A stretch of DNA of 58,346 nucleotides from an uncultured bacterium (GCA_964596185.1 CAZQUE010000020.1:1-58346); one strand, 5' to 3'. Numbered from the stretch's first letter, positions 29,501 through 39,393 are shown. Numbers and translations: made by a program. The notes: generated by a model not told the origin, from the sequence alone.

Positions 29501-32500
29501 GGTCCATTCGACCGGAACGTATTGAACATGGAAATACTCGCGGTTTTCCTTGATCTGCATGACGCGAATGTTGAAGCCGCCGCGCATGTCTTTGGTGATC
29601 GGCAGTTCAATCTGAACCTTGTTGTCTTTGGGATCGGTCCAGAAAGCTTGCAGCAGTTTGCGGCGATGTTCAACTTCTATGTAGGCTGGGCCCTGGTCAT
29701 AGCCGGTAGCCCAAAAGCCTTTGTAGGTATCGCCCGGTTGCAGACTTCCACTGGTAGTCTGGAAAAAGAACGGTACTTTGATCGTGAAGTTTTTGGCCTG
29801 ATAGTCGACCACCGTCAGATTGAAGATTGCCTTGACCGGGTTGTTGTAACGGTCACGGCTCTGAGCTTTGATTCGGTAAGCTCCTTCCGGCAATTTGACC
29901 GGTGTCGAAAAATAGCCATCGATCGAACTGTTGAATGATTTTTCGAACACTACTTGACCCTCTTCCCAGGTTTGAATGTTCGACTGGTCAGTTTTTCTGG
30001 CAAGGGCGCTTTGGGAATAAGGCCGGCGATGCGCCCGATCAGGCTGTTTAAGCGCATAAATCAGAAACGATCCGGCGCCGGGCAGGCCTTTTCCGTCAAG
30101 GGTCTGCGTTGAAATCGTGACATTGAAGTCCTTATTGGCTTCGGTAATGTTGGGCGAGCTTATGCCGAGAGCCAGGGCAGTATAGCCTATTCTGACGATC
30201 TGCGAACTCGACCTGGTTTCACCGGTGCTGTCGGTTACATCTGCATGAACAGTGTAATGGAACACCGGTTCAGTGTCTTTGGCAATGTTTCGGTCTGGCA
30301 GAGCGTTGAATTTGATGAAAAATTCGCCATTCTTGTCGGTAACCGTCGTGCCGTGGGCGATTTCCTGAGATGAGCTGTTATCCCAGAAATACCACCAGCA
30401 CCAGGGTGGCAGCCGAACTTCACGAACAACCCGGTATTTTACCTGGGCGCCGTCGATTTTTGCGCCGGTGTAAGCCAGGGCGTGACCAGTCATCTGCACA
30501 ACCTGATTCAGCTGGTAACTCTGGGTCGGCGTGTCTATCGCGACTTTGAACTTCGGCCGCTTGTATTCTTCAATCTGGACTCTGGTGCTGCCGCCGTAAC
30601 TTTGGGCCTGAATCGTATACGCGCCGGTGAGGCGGTCAGTCGGAGCAATGAAAGAGCCTGAGAAAGAACCAAATTCGTTGGTTGTGAAGTTTTCAAGCTT
30701 CACTTCCTGGTAATTCGGGTCACGAAAGCTTATCGGAACCTTGGTGTTACGAATCGTCTGGTAATCATTGCGGTTGGTGTCGTAGCGAACGACGATACCT
30801 TTGAAATAGACGGTCTGTCCCGGCCGATAAATTGATCTATCGGTAAACAGGTAGACTTGAGAACTGCTGCTGTAGGGTGAACTGTCCCAGGTATGGAAAT
30901 CATAGTTGCGATAAACTGTGTGGCCTTTGTGCGAGGCGATGAAGAAGCCGCCGCCCTGGGTTGAATTGAACCTGACAATTCCTTCCTTGTTGGTGGTGCC
31001 GGTTAGAACCTGGCGCCAGCCTTTTTTATACTCGTGGGTGTAGCCGCGGACACGAATGCCTTCCATTGGCGCACCTGAGACATTGTTGACGATGAAAACT
31101 TCAGTATAGGGATGGCGCTTGCGCATAACCATTCCGAGCTTGGAAACCATGATCGGTGTGACCAGCAGGCAGTTGCCACTGGTGGCGAAATCCTTGCGCA
31201 CGCTGGCTGCGAGGTAGTAAAGGCCAGGCTCGACTTCGGGCATGTCGACCCAGGCTTCCTGCGATTTGTATTCTTTGCCGGGGTCAAGGTCGGCATCGAA
31301 TTCACTGACATATTTGCCGGAAAAAATTCTTTCGTAATCATCCCAGCGGATGTCTTCAGGTGAATACTGGTCTTTTCTGAAAAGCGTTTCTTCGTCACGG
31401 CTATAAAGGCGAAAATGTGCCTTATCGATGTTTCTGAAGGAAATCTTTATTTTTGAGCCCTTCGGCAGCAGAACCTTTTCTGATTCAACATTCAAGGCGC
31501 GGGTTTTGATTTGATCGATGATGTTCTGGCAGATCGAAGCGCCATGGCTGCCGGGGTGCTTCTGCAACCCTTTTTCAGCATAGCTCAGGGCTTCGACATA
31601 ACGATTCTGGTTGTAAAGTTCCTGGGCGATGTAGCCCAGGGCTATTGCCGAGTGGGCATGGCTTGAATTGCTGTTGGCAAATTCCTCAAGTCTGGCAATG
31701 TATTTCGCCGGAATATCGTCGCCGACGGCTACGCGCCGTACCCAGGCAATGCGCATCAAATCATTGTCAAGCATTGCATCGAGATTGTCGCTGTCGAGAT
31801 TGTGCTGCAACAGCCGCTGCAACAGGCGAACGGCCCGATAGTTGCAGGAATCTTTATCGAAAGCTTCCGGATTCCAGGCAAGAAATTCTTTCATCGTGCC
31901 CATTGCCGATGAATCGATTTCGACTTCGAAAGCTCTTACCGGTTTGGCTGAACTCTGGTCATCGACCATGTAGAAGAAAAGGGCTTCATGAGCAAAGAAA
32001 TCGAAAAGAGTGGGGCGAAAGACCAGTGGCTGGTTACCCATTTCAAGAAAACCTTTGAGTTGATCGATCGGTTCGCTTTTCAGGAATTTTTCTTCCTTAA
32101 GAACGTTTTCGTAGAGGTCTCCGACATGGGCGAAGAGTTTGGGGAGATCCCAGGTGGTGAAGTCCTTTTCTGAAAGACCTTCGGTCCGAGAACGGTTCAA
32201 AAAGCGATAGCGGTTTCGCGAATAATAGTGCCAATACCATTTTGCCAGAACGATCTGAAGTATTGGTTTAACTTTCGGGTCAGCTTTGGCAATTTCTTCT
32301 TCGAGACGGGTTATTTTTTCTTCTGGTTTATTACCCTGAATATTGCCTTCCATGACGATTTTTTCACACATGGCTTTGACCGCGTCGGTCATATCGCCTT
32401 CTTCAACCGCCAGTTGATAAAGCGGTTCAAGATGCTCGATGGCCGTTTTGGGCAGGCCTTTGCTCTTGGCCTCAGCCACTTTTTTCCATAAATCACTTCT

Positions 32501-32578
32501 GCTTTCAGCAGATGCCACAGCCGAACACAAAAGCAAAACGGCAAGCAGCAACAAACAGGTTTGAAAAAATCTCTTCAT
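26576..32578 (-). CDS. alpha-2-macroglobulin family protein (bacterial A2M, thioester-containing)
   Basis: 2000 aa. Signal peptide. CxEQ thioester motif in context LMEYPHECSEQIFNRIYA. Large size and MG-domain-like beta repeats. GGAGG RBS. Confidence 0.7.
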   Translation of the reverse strand: MKRFFQTCLLLLAVLLLCSAVASAESRSDLWKKVAEAKSKGLPKTAIEHLEPLYQLAVEEGDMTDAVKAMCEKIVMEGNIQGNKPEEKITRLEEEIAKADPKVKPILQIVLAKWYWHYYSRNRYRFLNRSRTEGLSEKDFTTWDLPKLFAHVGDLYENVLKEEKFLKSEPIDQLKGFLEMGNQPLVFRPTLFDFFAHEALFFYMVDDQSSAKPVRAFEVEIDSSAMGTMKEFLAWNPEAFDKDSCNYRAVRLLQRLLQHNLDSDNLDAMLDNDLMRIAWVRRVAVGDDIPAKYIARLEEFANSNSSHAHSAIALGYIAQELYNQNRYVEALSYAEKGLQKHPGSHGASICQNIIDQIKTRALNVESEKVLLPKGSKIKISFRNIDKAHFRLYSRDEETLFRKDQYSPEDIRWDDYERIFSGKYVSEFDADLDPGKEYKSQEAWVDMPEVEPGLYYLAASVRKDFATSGNCLLVTPIMVSKLGMVMRKRHPYTEVFIVNNVSGAPMEGIRVRGYTHEYKKGWRQVLTGTTNKEGIVRFNSTQGGGFFIASHKGHTVYRNYDFHTWDSSPYSSSSQVYLFTDRSIYRPGQTVYFKGIVVRYDTNRNDYQTIRNTKVPISFRDPNYQEVKLENFTTNEFGSFSGSFIAPTDRLTGAYTIQAQSYGGSTRVQIEEYKRPKFKVAIDTPTQSYQLNQVVQMTGHALAYTGAKIDGAQVKYRVVREVRLPPWCWWYFWDNSSSQEIAHGTTVTDKNGEFFIKFNALPDRNIAKDTEPVFHYTVHADVTDSTGETRSSSQIVRIGYTALALGISSPNITEANKDFNVTISTQTLDGKGLPGAGSFLIYALKQPDRAHRRPYSQSALARKTDQSNIQTWEEGQVVFEKSFNSSIDGYFSTPVKLPEGAYRIKAQSRDRYNNPVKAIFNLTVVDYQAKNFTIKVPFFFQTTSGSLQPGDTYKGFWATGYDQGPAYIEVEHRRKLLQAFWTDPKDNKVQIELPITKDMRGGFNIRVMQIKENREYFHVQYVPVEWTNKKLNLKFAHMTSKLQPGQKDTWKIEITGEEAETGAIEMLAAMYDASLDAFAGHNWINGFPFFYRDANWISPTFTNFNTSLYCWRNDLNLYSGVGQRTYPQLPWNIQNDFMNYHFAMRSKSVVMRAGAMPPPSPSMDREEGMMLSEAAAPMAQSAENFADDEVSMEKSSAKKKEGKDAPGGAADKGPGAGDSAPEPDLDKVSARSNLNETAFFFPHLLNDEEGKVTIEFTIPEALTTWKFLGFAHGNNAQAGGLIGETITQKDLMVQPNPPRFLREGDKLRFTAKVTNLSETEQKGKIRLTLQDPISDKNRNDEFKLSENVFEFSVPAGESRGFGWLLDVPYTPGMVKYTVVGATSNLSDGEEGMLPILSSRIFVTESLPLPIKGNEKKKFTFKKLLESKNSKTLAHQGLTVEVTSNPAWYAVQALPYLMEYPHECSEQIFNRIYANQIAAFIANSDKKIKKVFDTWKADEAQGGKALYSNLEKNEHLKSVALLETPWVLDAKNETEQKHKIGVLFDTNRIESEMTRGMKKLSVYQQSDGGFPWFPGGRPNSFITLYIMTGFGRMRHLGVDVNVDMALKSLNYLDNWIDECYREIIRHPGYQKHCNINPTYALYLYGRSFFLKERPIPASSRTAVEFFLDEAREKWLRVGSRLAQGHLALALKRFGDKKVPTDIVNSIRERSVTDEELGTFWRENEISFWWYRAEIETQAVMIELFDEVANDADTVENCKIWMLKQKQTQNWKTTKATADAVYALLLRGADLLASDKLVEVYLGGEMVEPEKVEAGTGYYQKIYAGSEVKSEMGDIQLVKKDAGIAWGAVHWQYLEDMSKVTPHETNLKLKKTLFVKKDTDKGPTITPVKDRLQVGDLLVVRIELRTDRDMEFVHMKDQRGSGMEPTNVISRYKYQDGLAYYEATKDTATHFYIDYLPKGTYVFEYDLRVQHQGVYQSGMAEIQCMYAPEFNSHSESFVIKVTE

Positions 32579-32726
32579 TATAAGCCTCCTGCAAGATTCC
32601 TGAATATAGCTCTATTAACGTTTAAATTCAGGTGAGGATTTAGAAAATCTCTCTGTCTTTTACGTTCCCATTTTAACGCGAAAAATCCTGCAAGTAAAAC
32701 AAGTTCGAAAATCCCGCCAAATGAAA

Positions 32727-32749
32727 ATCGCCCGATTCTGTCGGGCGAT
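32727..32749 (-). terminator. hairpin terminator downstream of the TPR gene (ATCGCCCGA-TTCTG-TCGGGCGAT)
   Basis: Perfect 9-bp stem followed by a T-rich stretch on the minus strand. Confidence 0.4.
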
Positions 32750-32778
32750 AAAACTTGCTTTTAAAAGGCTTAGGCGCT

Positions 32779-34080
32779 TTACCAATAACCGTTGATCTTG
32801 TCTTTGGCTTTGATCGCTGCAGCCGAGTTGGGATAAAAATCGATCGTCTGCTGATAGCAATACCTTGCCTGGGAATAATCTCCGAGCAGCTCGTAGCAAT
32901 CGCCGGCCTGCACTAACGCATCGGCGGCATACTGCCCGGCGGGATAATTCTGCTGATACCAGGCGTAATGTGACGCGGCCCGGCTCAGATAACTGCGATT
33001 GGCTGCATTGATGCGGCCATACTCGAATTCGCAGCCGGCCATGGCATAAACTGCCGGGGCATAAAGTTCAGAGCCCGGATACCGGCGCATCAGCGACTCA
33101 AATTCTGGGATCGCCCGCAGATAATTGCGCTGCTGGCGCCAGGCGTCGCCTTTCCAGTAATAGGCGTCGTCGGCATAGGCAGAGGTCGGGTAACGCTTGA
33201 TCAACTCATCGAAGTAGGTCAGCGCGTTTTGGAAATTCCCTGAGATAAGCTCGGAATGGCCGCGCTGATAAAGCTCATAGTCGCTGACGTAGCTGCCATT
33301 GCCCGGATAGGTCGGCGGAATGGGGTTGTTGGGCGGATAAGTCGGCGGGGTCGGGTAAATCACGCCGCCGTTTTGCAGAAAATTCAGGCGTTCCAGCGCC
33401 TGATTGTAAAAATTTGAGTTCGAGTAATTGTAAACGACCTGCTGATAAGCCATGATCGCATTGGCGCGATCATTAACCTGCTCGTAGGTTTTTCCGACGA
33501 CATACCAGGCATCGTCAACGAGTTCGCTGGTCGGAAATCGGCCTATGAAGTTCTTGAATTCGCTTATCGCACCATAGTAATCGGTGATTTTTACCAGACA
33601 GAAACCTACGAAATAGGCTGCTCGATGCGCTTCAGAGAAGTTGGCGAAGTTGGTGCTGACCTTGCGGTAAAAGCTTACCGCATTGTAAAAATCGTTGAGG
33701 CGTCGATAGGCCTCGGCAACCAGGTAATGGGCTTCTGCGGCCCGGTATTCATAGGGGTATCGGTCGATGAAACGGCGCAGATACTGAACCGCGTTATAGA
33801 AGTTGCCTTGTGTAAAAGCGGTTCGACCGGTATTGAAAAGGTAATCAGCCGATTCGTAGTTGCCGTTACCGGGATAGCCAGGATAGCCAGGGTTGCCGGG
33901 AACAGTAGGCGGAATCGGATTCACCGGCGGTAAAGTCGGCTGACCAGGCTGGGTGGGCTGACCCGGCCATGAGTCGACCCGGGCATAGAGATGGTCGACC
34001 AGTGGATTGCCGCTGCTCATCGCTGGTGCTGCCGGCAAAGCCAGAATCAGCATAAGAATTGCAAATAAAGCTCTTTTCAT
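32779..34080 (-). CDS. secreted tetratricopeptide-repeat protein with Pro-rich linkers
   Basis: Signal peptide. Repeated A..Y..G.cy....y..A......fp.s TPR units. PGYPGYPGNG-type linkers. Confidence 0.6.
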   Translation of the reverse strand: MKRALFAILMLILALPAAPAMSSGNPLVDHLYARVDSWPGQPTQPGQPTLPPVNPIPPTVPGNPGYPGYPGNGNYESADYLFNTGRTAFTQGNFYNAVQYLRRFIDRYPYEYRAAEAHYLVAEAYRRLNDFYNAVSFYRKVSTNFANFSEAHRAAYFVGFCLVKITDYYGAISEFKNFIGRFPTSELVDDAWYVVGKTYEQVNDRANAIMAYQQVVYNYSNSNFYNQALERLNFLQNGGVIYPTPPTYPPNNPIPPTYPGNGSYVSDYELYQRGHSELISGNFQNALTYFDELIKRYPTSAYADDAYYWKGDAWRQQRNYLRAIPEFESLMRRYPGSELYAPAVYAMAGCEFEYGRINAANRSYLSRAASHYAWYQQNYPAGQYAADALVQAGDCYELLGDYSQARYCYQQTIDFYPNSAAAIKAKDKINGYW

Positions 34081-34094
34081 GGTTTTAGCTCCAG

Positions 34095-34847
34095 TTAGTT
34101 TCCAAACAGATCATAGGGATCAGTGCCCGTATTGGTGCCGGTTCCGGTGCCGGTAGCATAGGGGTCGGTGCCGTCACTGCTCAGACTTCCCGGAAACATG
34201 ATTTCGAGAGGTACATGAATATTGTAGTTATCGTTCAATTTGTAATCATAGCCTTCGAGGGTTACCCAGAAGCGTATGCCAGGATAGCCGCTCTGGCTCC
34301 ATTGCTTATAGTTTTCCCAGGGGATGAAAATGCCGGTAAAGCCGGCCGGCTTTGTTTGAAAAGCTTTGCCGATCATTGCTGTGGTGCTGAGCGTGCGGCG
34401 TTCGTAAGCCTGCAGGGTGTTGGGCGTCCAGCCCGCAATATTGCTGGAGTTCTGAATGTAAGCGTCGCGAATATTATTGCTCATGGTTCCCTGAACGTCG
34501 AACATGTAACCGTATACGATCGAAGGTCCGGCGTTGTAATAATTGGCGGTTCTGCCGCTGTTATAAGTATCGGCAAAAGTCCGGTAGGTCGACATGCGAT
34601 TGAACTGAATCTCATCGCCACGGGTTTCATAAAAACTTACCGAAACATTGTAAGAAACCCCGGTTTGATAAACATAAGCCGCGCTACTCTGAAAAGAGGT
34701 ATGAACAGGGTCGGTCGTTGTTGGTGGGGTTACGCCACCGCCACCGCCACCACCACCGGATGGGCAGCCGGCCAGACTTATGGCGACCAGGCTCAGAGCC
34801 AGAATGCGTAATGAAACTTTAAAAAATTCGACCAACTTTGCTTTCAT
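34095..34847 (-). CDS. lipoprotein (hypothetical), poly-Gly linker
   Basis: Lipobox LAGC after an MKAKLVEFF... signal peptide (start moved to the ATG at 34847). G8 tract after the Cys. Directly upstream of the TPR gene. Confidence 0.5.
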   Translation of the reverse strand: MKAKLVEFFKVSLRILALSLVAISLAGCPSGGGGGGGGVTPPTTTDPVHTSFQSSAAYVYQTGVSYNVSVSFYETRGDEIQFNRMSTYRTFADTYNSGRTANYYNAGPSIVYGYMFDVQGTMSNNIRDAYIQNSSNIAGWTPNTLQAYERRTLSTTAMIGKAFQTKPAGFTGIFIPWENYKQWSQSGYPGIRFWVTLEGYDYKLNDNYNIHVPLEIMFPGSLSSDGTDPYATGTGTGTNTGTDPYDLFGN

Positions 34848-35025
34848 GTTTTTCTCCCAGGTGACAAAATCAGCAGAATATAACAAGCAAAAATCGTTCC
34901 AGCTAGAATGTAAGCCTGCCGGGCGGTTTTTTACAAAAAAATAAAAAAAAAGGATGAAAAATCAGCAACTTGTGCCGAAAAAGTATCAGAAGGTGAATAC
35001 CTTAAATTACTAACAGGCAGAAAGT

Positions 35026-35976
35026 ATGAAGAAAATTCTGATTCCTTTGTTGATGGGAATGCTCTGTGCCCCTGTAATTGCCGAAGATATACGCGGTATG
35101 ATGCAGGATATGGGGTACACCGATCCCGCGCTCTATAAACACGTTCCGGAGCAGAAATTCGTTCCGCCGCCGCCAAAAAAGACCGAGGTGGTGACGATCG
35201 ATCTCGAAACGCAGATTTCAGCTCCAGCCCTGAAAGCAGAAGACTTTCTGCAACCGCGCGTCTATGCCAAAGCTGAATCGGCGCAAATGATTCCTTATTT
35301 GCTGAAGTTGCAAAAACAGAACCCGACCTCGGCCCAGCTGACGCGAAAGCTGGCGGTAACCTGCCTGAAAAACGGCCAGCCGCGAGAAGCCCTGTATTGG
35401 TATCTACAAACCTATCAGCGCGATCGCTCGGATCTTGAATCGTTGTGGAACATGGCCGCGCTGGCTTACCAGCTTGGCGAGGCCGAGCAAACGCAGAAGT
35501 ATCTTGAAGAATATGCCGCACAGGATCCTAATAGCGCCTGGGGCCGCATGGCAAGAGATTTTCTTGCCGGTCGATTTGGCGGAGCTTCTATGGAAAAAGG
35601 CTTCGCATCAGAATTCTCCCGCTTCGGCAATGTTGAGGGCGGTGGCAAAAAAACGCCGGGACGCGCATCTGCCAAAAAGGGTTCAGAACGAGTGCATGTA
35701 AAAAAAGATCAAACTTCAGATGAGGGAATTCTTGTCGTAGAGGGAAAAAGAACAACCGTAGAAAGATTTGTGGAAAGTTATGAGCCGGAAGAAGCGGTCG
35801 AACCAGTTGCATTAAAAGACACACTGAAAGGGAAGTCAGGGAAACCCGTTAAAGCTACAGAAAAAAAAGAAAATCGCACACTGGAAAAGGTTGCCAACCC
35901 GGTACCGGGAGATGGAGGTAAGGTCGATCTGAATTCGCTTACCACCGTTGCCGAGCCTTTGTCGAAAACTCCTTAA
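35026..35976 (+). CDS. secreted TPR-like / Lys-rich hypothetical protein
   Basis: Signal peptide. TPR-like helices (ALYWYLQTYQRD.., LGEAEQTQKYLEEYAAQDP). Low-complexity Lys/Glu tail. Confidence 0.45.
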   Translation: MKKILIPLLMGMLCAPVIAEDIRGMMQDMGYTDPALYKHVPEQKFVPPPPKKTEVVTIDLETQISAPALKAEDFLQPRVYAKAESAQMIPYLLKLQKQNPTSAQLTRKLAVTCLKNGQPREALYWYLQTYQRDRSDLESLWNMAALAYQLGEAEQTQKYLEEYAAQDPNSAWGRMARDFLAGRFGGASMEKGFASEFSRFGNVEGGGKKTPGRASAKKGSERVHVKKDQTSDEGILVVEGKRTTVERFVESYEPEEAVEPVALKDTLKGKSGKPVKATEKKENRTLEKVANPVPGDGGKVDLNSLTTVAEPLSKTP

Positions 35977-35992
35977 GCTGTAAAAAGAAAGT

Positions 35993-36031
35993 GGCTGTCG
36001 ATGCACGAATGCATCGGCAGCCATTTTTTTT
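35993..36031. terminator. bidirectional rho-independent terminator (13-bp stem with one G.U, loop CGAA, T8)
   Basis: GGCTGTCGATGCA-CGAA-TGCATCGGCAGCC followed by TTTTTTTT, preceded by an AAAAAGAAAG run. Confidence 0.65.
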
Positions 36032-36136
36032 GACTTAAAAAAGCGCCGGGCCTGCTATAAACCAAACTCAGAACCATCTCAAAACCTGCTCCGGGACTTT
36101 TAAGAGCAGGCTCAGAGATATTTGCGACACTTTTAC

Positions 36137-37012
36137 CTAAATGCCAAGCAACTCGGAAATAGTTTTTCCGCTTTTACTGATCGAACTTTTACCCCCTTCA
36201 GGCGGCTGCAAAATGAATTTGAAATAATCGGGAAACCTTACTACCAGATGCTCTTTTACTGTCTTCAGGGCAAAGCCCTCTTTTATGGCCCATTTTTCGA
36301 TCTGCGGCAGATGCATAGCTCCCCAGGGCACGACAATCAGCCTGGTTTTGCCAAGACTGTCCCGAATATGTTCGATCAGGCAGAGATTGCGTCGCGAAAT
36401 CAAATCACCAAGAAAAGCGCGTGAAGTTTCGATATCCGACATTTTAATGTACATCATCAGCAGATTGCTGAAATTGATGCCGTCTTTGGCGTAGACTTTG
36501 CCGATAAAATTGAGAATCTCAATGGTCAGGGGCTTGAAATCTGAAGTGTCGAGATCGGCGCGAATTACTTTTACGTTTTCGGGCATCTCGGCAGGGGAAA
36601 AATGGTCGCGCTGACTGGCCAGTCCGAGATTGCCGGCAATGCCCTCATAGTCGGGCGGCGTTTCAAGCAGGTCTTTCTCATCGGTAACGCCTTCCATCAG
36701 CATTATTGCCTGCCTGCTGCCGAGGCTTTCCTTGATTTTTTTATAGAAGTCCTGGCCGGCGATGTGGGCCATTCCCTGCAGCCTTAGCTCTATTTCGGCC
36801 ATTTCGAAACGCTTTTCCACCGCGCAGATGCCTTCTGCTGTGCGCGTAACGAACCCGCCGGTCAAGGCTTCCAGTTCCGTCATGTCAAAAATCCAGGCCA
36901 CTGCCAGCGCAGCGAGCGGACTCAGGGATTTTTCTTCAGAAGCGGTTGCCTGGCTGGGCCAAACTGCGCTTAGCATTATCAGCAGTGCAAGAATGATTGT
37001 CGGTTTGCGCAT
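36137..37012 (-). CDS. secreted hypothetical protein (possible TraB/GumN-like)
   Basis: Signal peptide. C-terminal PWGAMHLP resembles the GxxHL motif of the TraB/GumN family. The N-terminal GTxH motif was not found, so confidence is low. Confidence 0.35.
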   Translation of the reverse strand: MRKPTIILALLIMLSAVWPSQATASEEKSLSPLAALAVAWIFDMTELEALTGGFVTRTAEGICAVEKRFEMAEIELRLQGMAHIAGQDFYKKIKESLGSRQAIMLMEGVTDEKDLLETPPDYEGIAGNLGLASQRDHFSPAEMPENVKVIRADLDTSDFKPLTIEILNFIGKVYAKDGINFSNLLMMYIKMSDIETSRAFLGDLISRRNLCLIEHIRDSLGKTRLIVVPWGAMHLPQIEKWAIKEGFALKTVKEHLVVRFPDYFKFILQPPEGGKSSISKSGKTISELLGI

Positions 37013-37087
37013 TTTTTTTCTCCGTAAATTATAGCTGCTATTTTTTAGAATACCCGAAATAGTGGCGGCACATTTGCATGATTGGTG

Positions 37088-38257
37088 CTAAGATGTCAGT
37101 TCGTCGTTCCAGAGGGATTTTAAAAAGTCTTTCCATGGCAGTATTTCAATGCCATCTGCAGTTTTTCTTCTTTGTATGTCAAGAGAAACGACAAGGTATC
37201 TTTTATGAATTCCTTCTTCTTTTAGTGCGCGAAGGCCTTTTAAATGCTTATCCTGAACCATGTGCGTGCCTTTGATTTCAATGGCAATCTCCGTTCCAAG
37301 AACCAGATCAACTTCAAACTGCGAGGTTGAACGCCAATAGTGCATATCGAAATCCTTGCGGCTATAGCTAAGATAAGCACGAACTTCAAGAATTATGAAA
37401 TGCTCGAAGGCATTGCCGAACAATTCGCTTCTGTCCATGATCTCACCTCGGCGGCACAACTGATTTGTCACCCCAAGATCAAAAAGATAGTGCTTGGCCC
37501 TTGAAATAGACTTACGTTTTCGGGTTTTTGTAAACCCCTTCAATGTAAAGCCAATTAATGTATCTTCAAGAATTTGAATATAGTTTTTCAGGGTTCCAGG
37601 CGAGACCTGGCAATCATTTGCCAGACTCTCATAATTAAGCTCTTGCCCATTTGCCAGTGCAATTGCATCAAGAAATTCCGAAAATGCCAGAATATTCCTG
37701 GTTATTGCTTCAGCCTGAATTTCCTCTCTCAGGTAAGTGCTTACATAGTATTTTAATTCCTCTTGAAAGTCGGGTGAGCCATATACCTGGGGAAGACCAC
37801 CACGGTTAAGGTATTGCAACAAATCGAAATCAGGAATTTCCAGATACACCAGCGGGAATAATCTTGCTTCCCATGCTCGACCAGCCAGAAGATTGGCTCC
37901 GCCTCTCTTCAGTTTTCTAGCCGAACTTCCTGTGAGCAAAAATCTGATATTCTTTTTCTGAATCAAGCGCTGAACCTCATCAAGGAGTTGAGGAAGTTTT
38001 TGGATTTCATCAATAACTATGATTTGCGCAGGGTCGCTGATTTCTTCTTCAATCAGTCGGGGGCGTTGTACTAACCTTCTAAAAATTTCATAATCCAGAA
38101 GATCGTATACCTTTGCCTTGGGAAGCTGGGTTTCTATAAGGGTGGTTTTCCCCGTAGACCTCGGCCCTAGCAGGAAAAAGGATTTCTTTTGCAATAAAAG
38201 AGTAAGATCCAAAAGCCTTTTATACACTAAAAACCTCTTCCCAAAAAATTGTTTCAT
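37088..38257 (-). CDS. AAA_14/DUF4143-family ATPase
   Basis: Walker A LLGPRSTGKTTL. Walker B IVIDEIQ. C-terminal DUF4143-like region. Low-GC gene. Confidence 0.7.
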   Translation of the reverse strand: MKQFFGKRFLVYKRLLDLTLLLQKKSFFLLGPRSTGKTTLIETQLPKAKVYDLLDYEIFRRLVQRPRLIEEEISDPAQIIVIDEIQKLPQLLDEVQRLIQKKNIRFLLTGSSARKLKRGGANLLAGRAWEARLFPLVYLEIPDFDLLQYLNRGGLPQVYGSPDFQEELKYYVSTYLREEIQAEAITRNILAFSEFLDAIALANGQELNYESLANDCQVSPGTLKNYIQILEDTLIGFTLKGFTKTRKRKSISRAKHYLFDLGVTNQLCRRGEIMDRSELFGNAFEHFIILEVRAYLSYSRKDFDMHYWRSTSQFEVDLVLGTEIAIEIKGTHMVQDKHLKGLRALKEEGIHKRYLVVSLDIQRRKTADGIEILPWKDFLKSLWNDELTS

Positions 38258-38361
38258 GATAATCCATGATGTGGTTGTGGAATCTCATGAAAATCCATAA
38301 TTAAGATATGATTTATCATGAAATTTGTCAATCTTATGGGCTCTAGAGCTACCTGAAAATA

Positions 38362-39069
38362 CTACTTGAGCTGATCCTTGCGGAAAAAGCCGATCAGAGG
38401 TTTTTTCGCCGGGTCGAGAAAGCCGAGCAGGGTTTGCAGGTGCTTTTTCGGCAGACCCAGACAGCCTGAGGTAGAATTGAAGGCCCGACCCCAGAAGTGA
38501 ATGAAAATGGCACTGCCATGACCAGCAACGACGGGTTTGGTGTTGTATTCGACCACCAGACCCTGCCGATAAAGCTCGTCGCGGCGACGCATGAATTCGT
38601 ATGATTTCGCCATGCTGTCGGCGACCTTCGTCAGGCGGTTGTAATCGGCTGCCGCCGGGTCATCGACCCAGATGTCATCGGCAAACATTTGACGATAAGG
38701 CATTTTTGTCGCGCATTCTTCGTCGTAGCCGAAGGCCAAGCCGATGGGAAAAACGCCGGCAGGGCTCATGCCATCCCCTTCGCGCTTCTCTCCGATATCT
38801 GCGATGCCATTGCGCCCGACCGAGGCTGACATGGGAGGCATGGCGAACTGCCAGACTCCGTTGCTTTTTTCCATGCAATGAACTTCTGCCTTGAATTGAC
38901 CGGGCTTGCCGGTTAAAACAAGAACGAACTGGCCGGCATTGGCCTTGTCAGCGGCAGTCAGAATTTTTTGCCATGAACGCGGGATTCCGCCGGCATGGGC
39001 AGGCACCGCCAGAGCAAAAACCAGCGAGAAAAGCAGCAAAATCGGGGCTATCTCAAAATTAAGCGACAT
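38362..39069 (-). CDS. L,D-transpeptidase (YkuD-like) family protein
   Basis: Signal peptide. Catalytic H-x(n)-S.GC motif (GHGSAIFIHFWGRAFNSTSGCLGL). Confidence 0.6.
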   Translation of the reverse strand: MSLNFEIAPILLLFSLVFALAVPAHAGGIPRSWQKILTAADKANAGQFVLVLTGKPGQFKAEVHCMEKSNGVWQFAMPPMSASVGRNGIADIGEKREGDGMSPAGVFPIGLAFGYDEECATKMPYRQMFADDIWVDDPAAADYNRLTKVADSMAKSYEFMRRRDELYRQGLVVEYNTKPVVAGHGSAIFIHFWGRAFNSTSGCLGLPKKHLQTLLGFLDPAKKPLIGFFRKDQLK

Positions 39070-39099
39070 TTTTAGCTCCTGGGCAGTAGAATGCGCTTC

Positions 39100-39321
39100 T
39101 CATGAACCTGAGAAGAACTTTTTAATCCGGGCCGGCGTGTTCATAATATAGTTGCCGAGGCGATCCCAGTGGTAAATGTAGGTGGTTTGCTGCTGCGGCA
39201 TGCCGGTACTGGTGGTGACGAGCTCGGTTTTGGTCTCGATTACCCCGCTTTGGGCAAAGGCATAAGCGAAAACCATCAACAGCACGATGATAATGAGAAC
39301 CGGCTTGAAAAAAGCATGCAT
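39100..39321 (-). CDS. small membrane protein (hypothetical)
   Basis: 73 aa with a single N-terminal TM helix. Fills the gap between the L,D-transpeptidase gene and the EF-G gene. Confidence 0.3.
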   Translation of the reverse strand: MHAFFKPVLIIIVLLMVFAYAFAQSGVIETKTELVTTSTGMPQQQTTYIYHWDRLGNYIMNTPARIKKFFSGS

Positions 39322-39393
39322 AACATTTACCTGCCGACAAAATTTAATATCTCAATACTAAGCTCTGCCGACCATAAATGCAATCTCCGGAAA

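Noticed and set aside
27293-29938. Several 130-250-aa plus-strand ORFs opposite the alpha-2-macroglobulin gene
   Set aside because: They are shadow ORFs of a GC-rich 6-kb gene, with no starts or RBSs in sensible positions.
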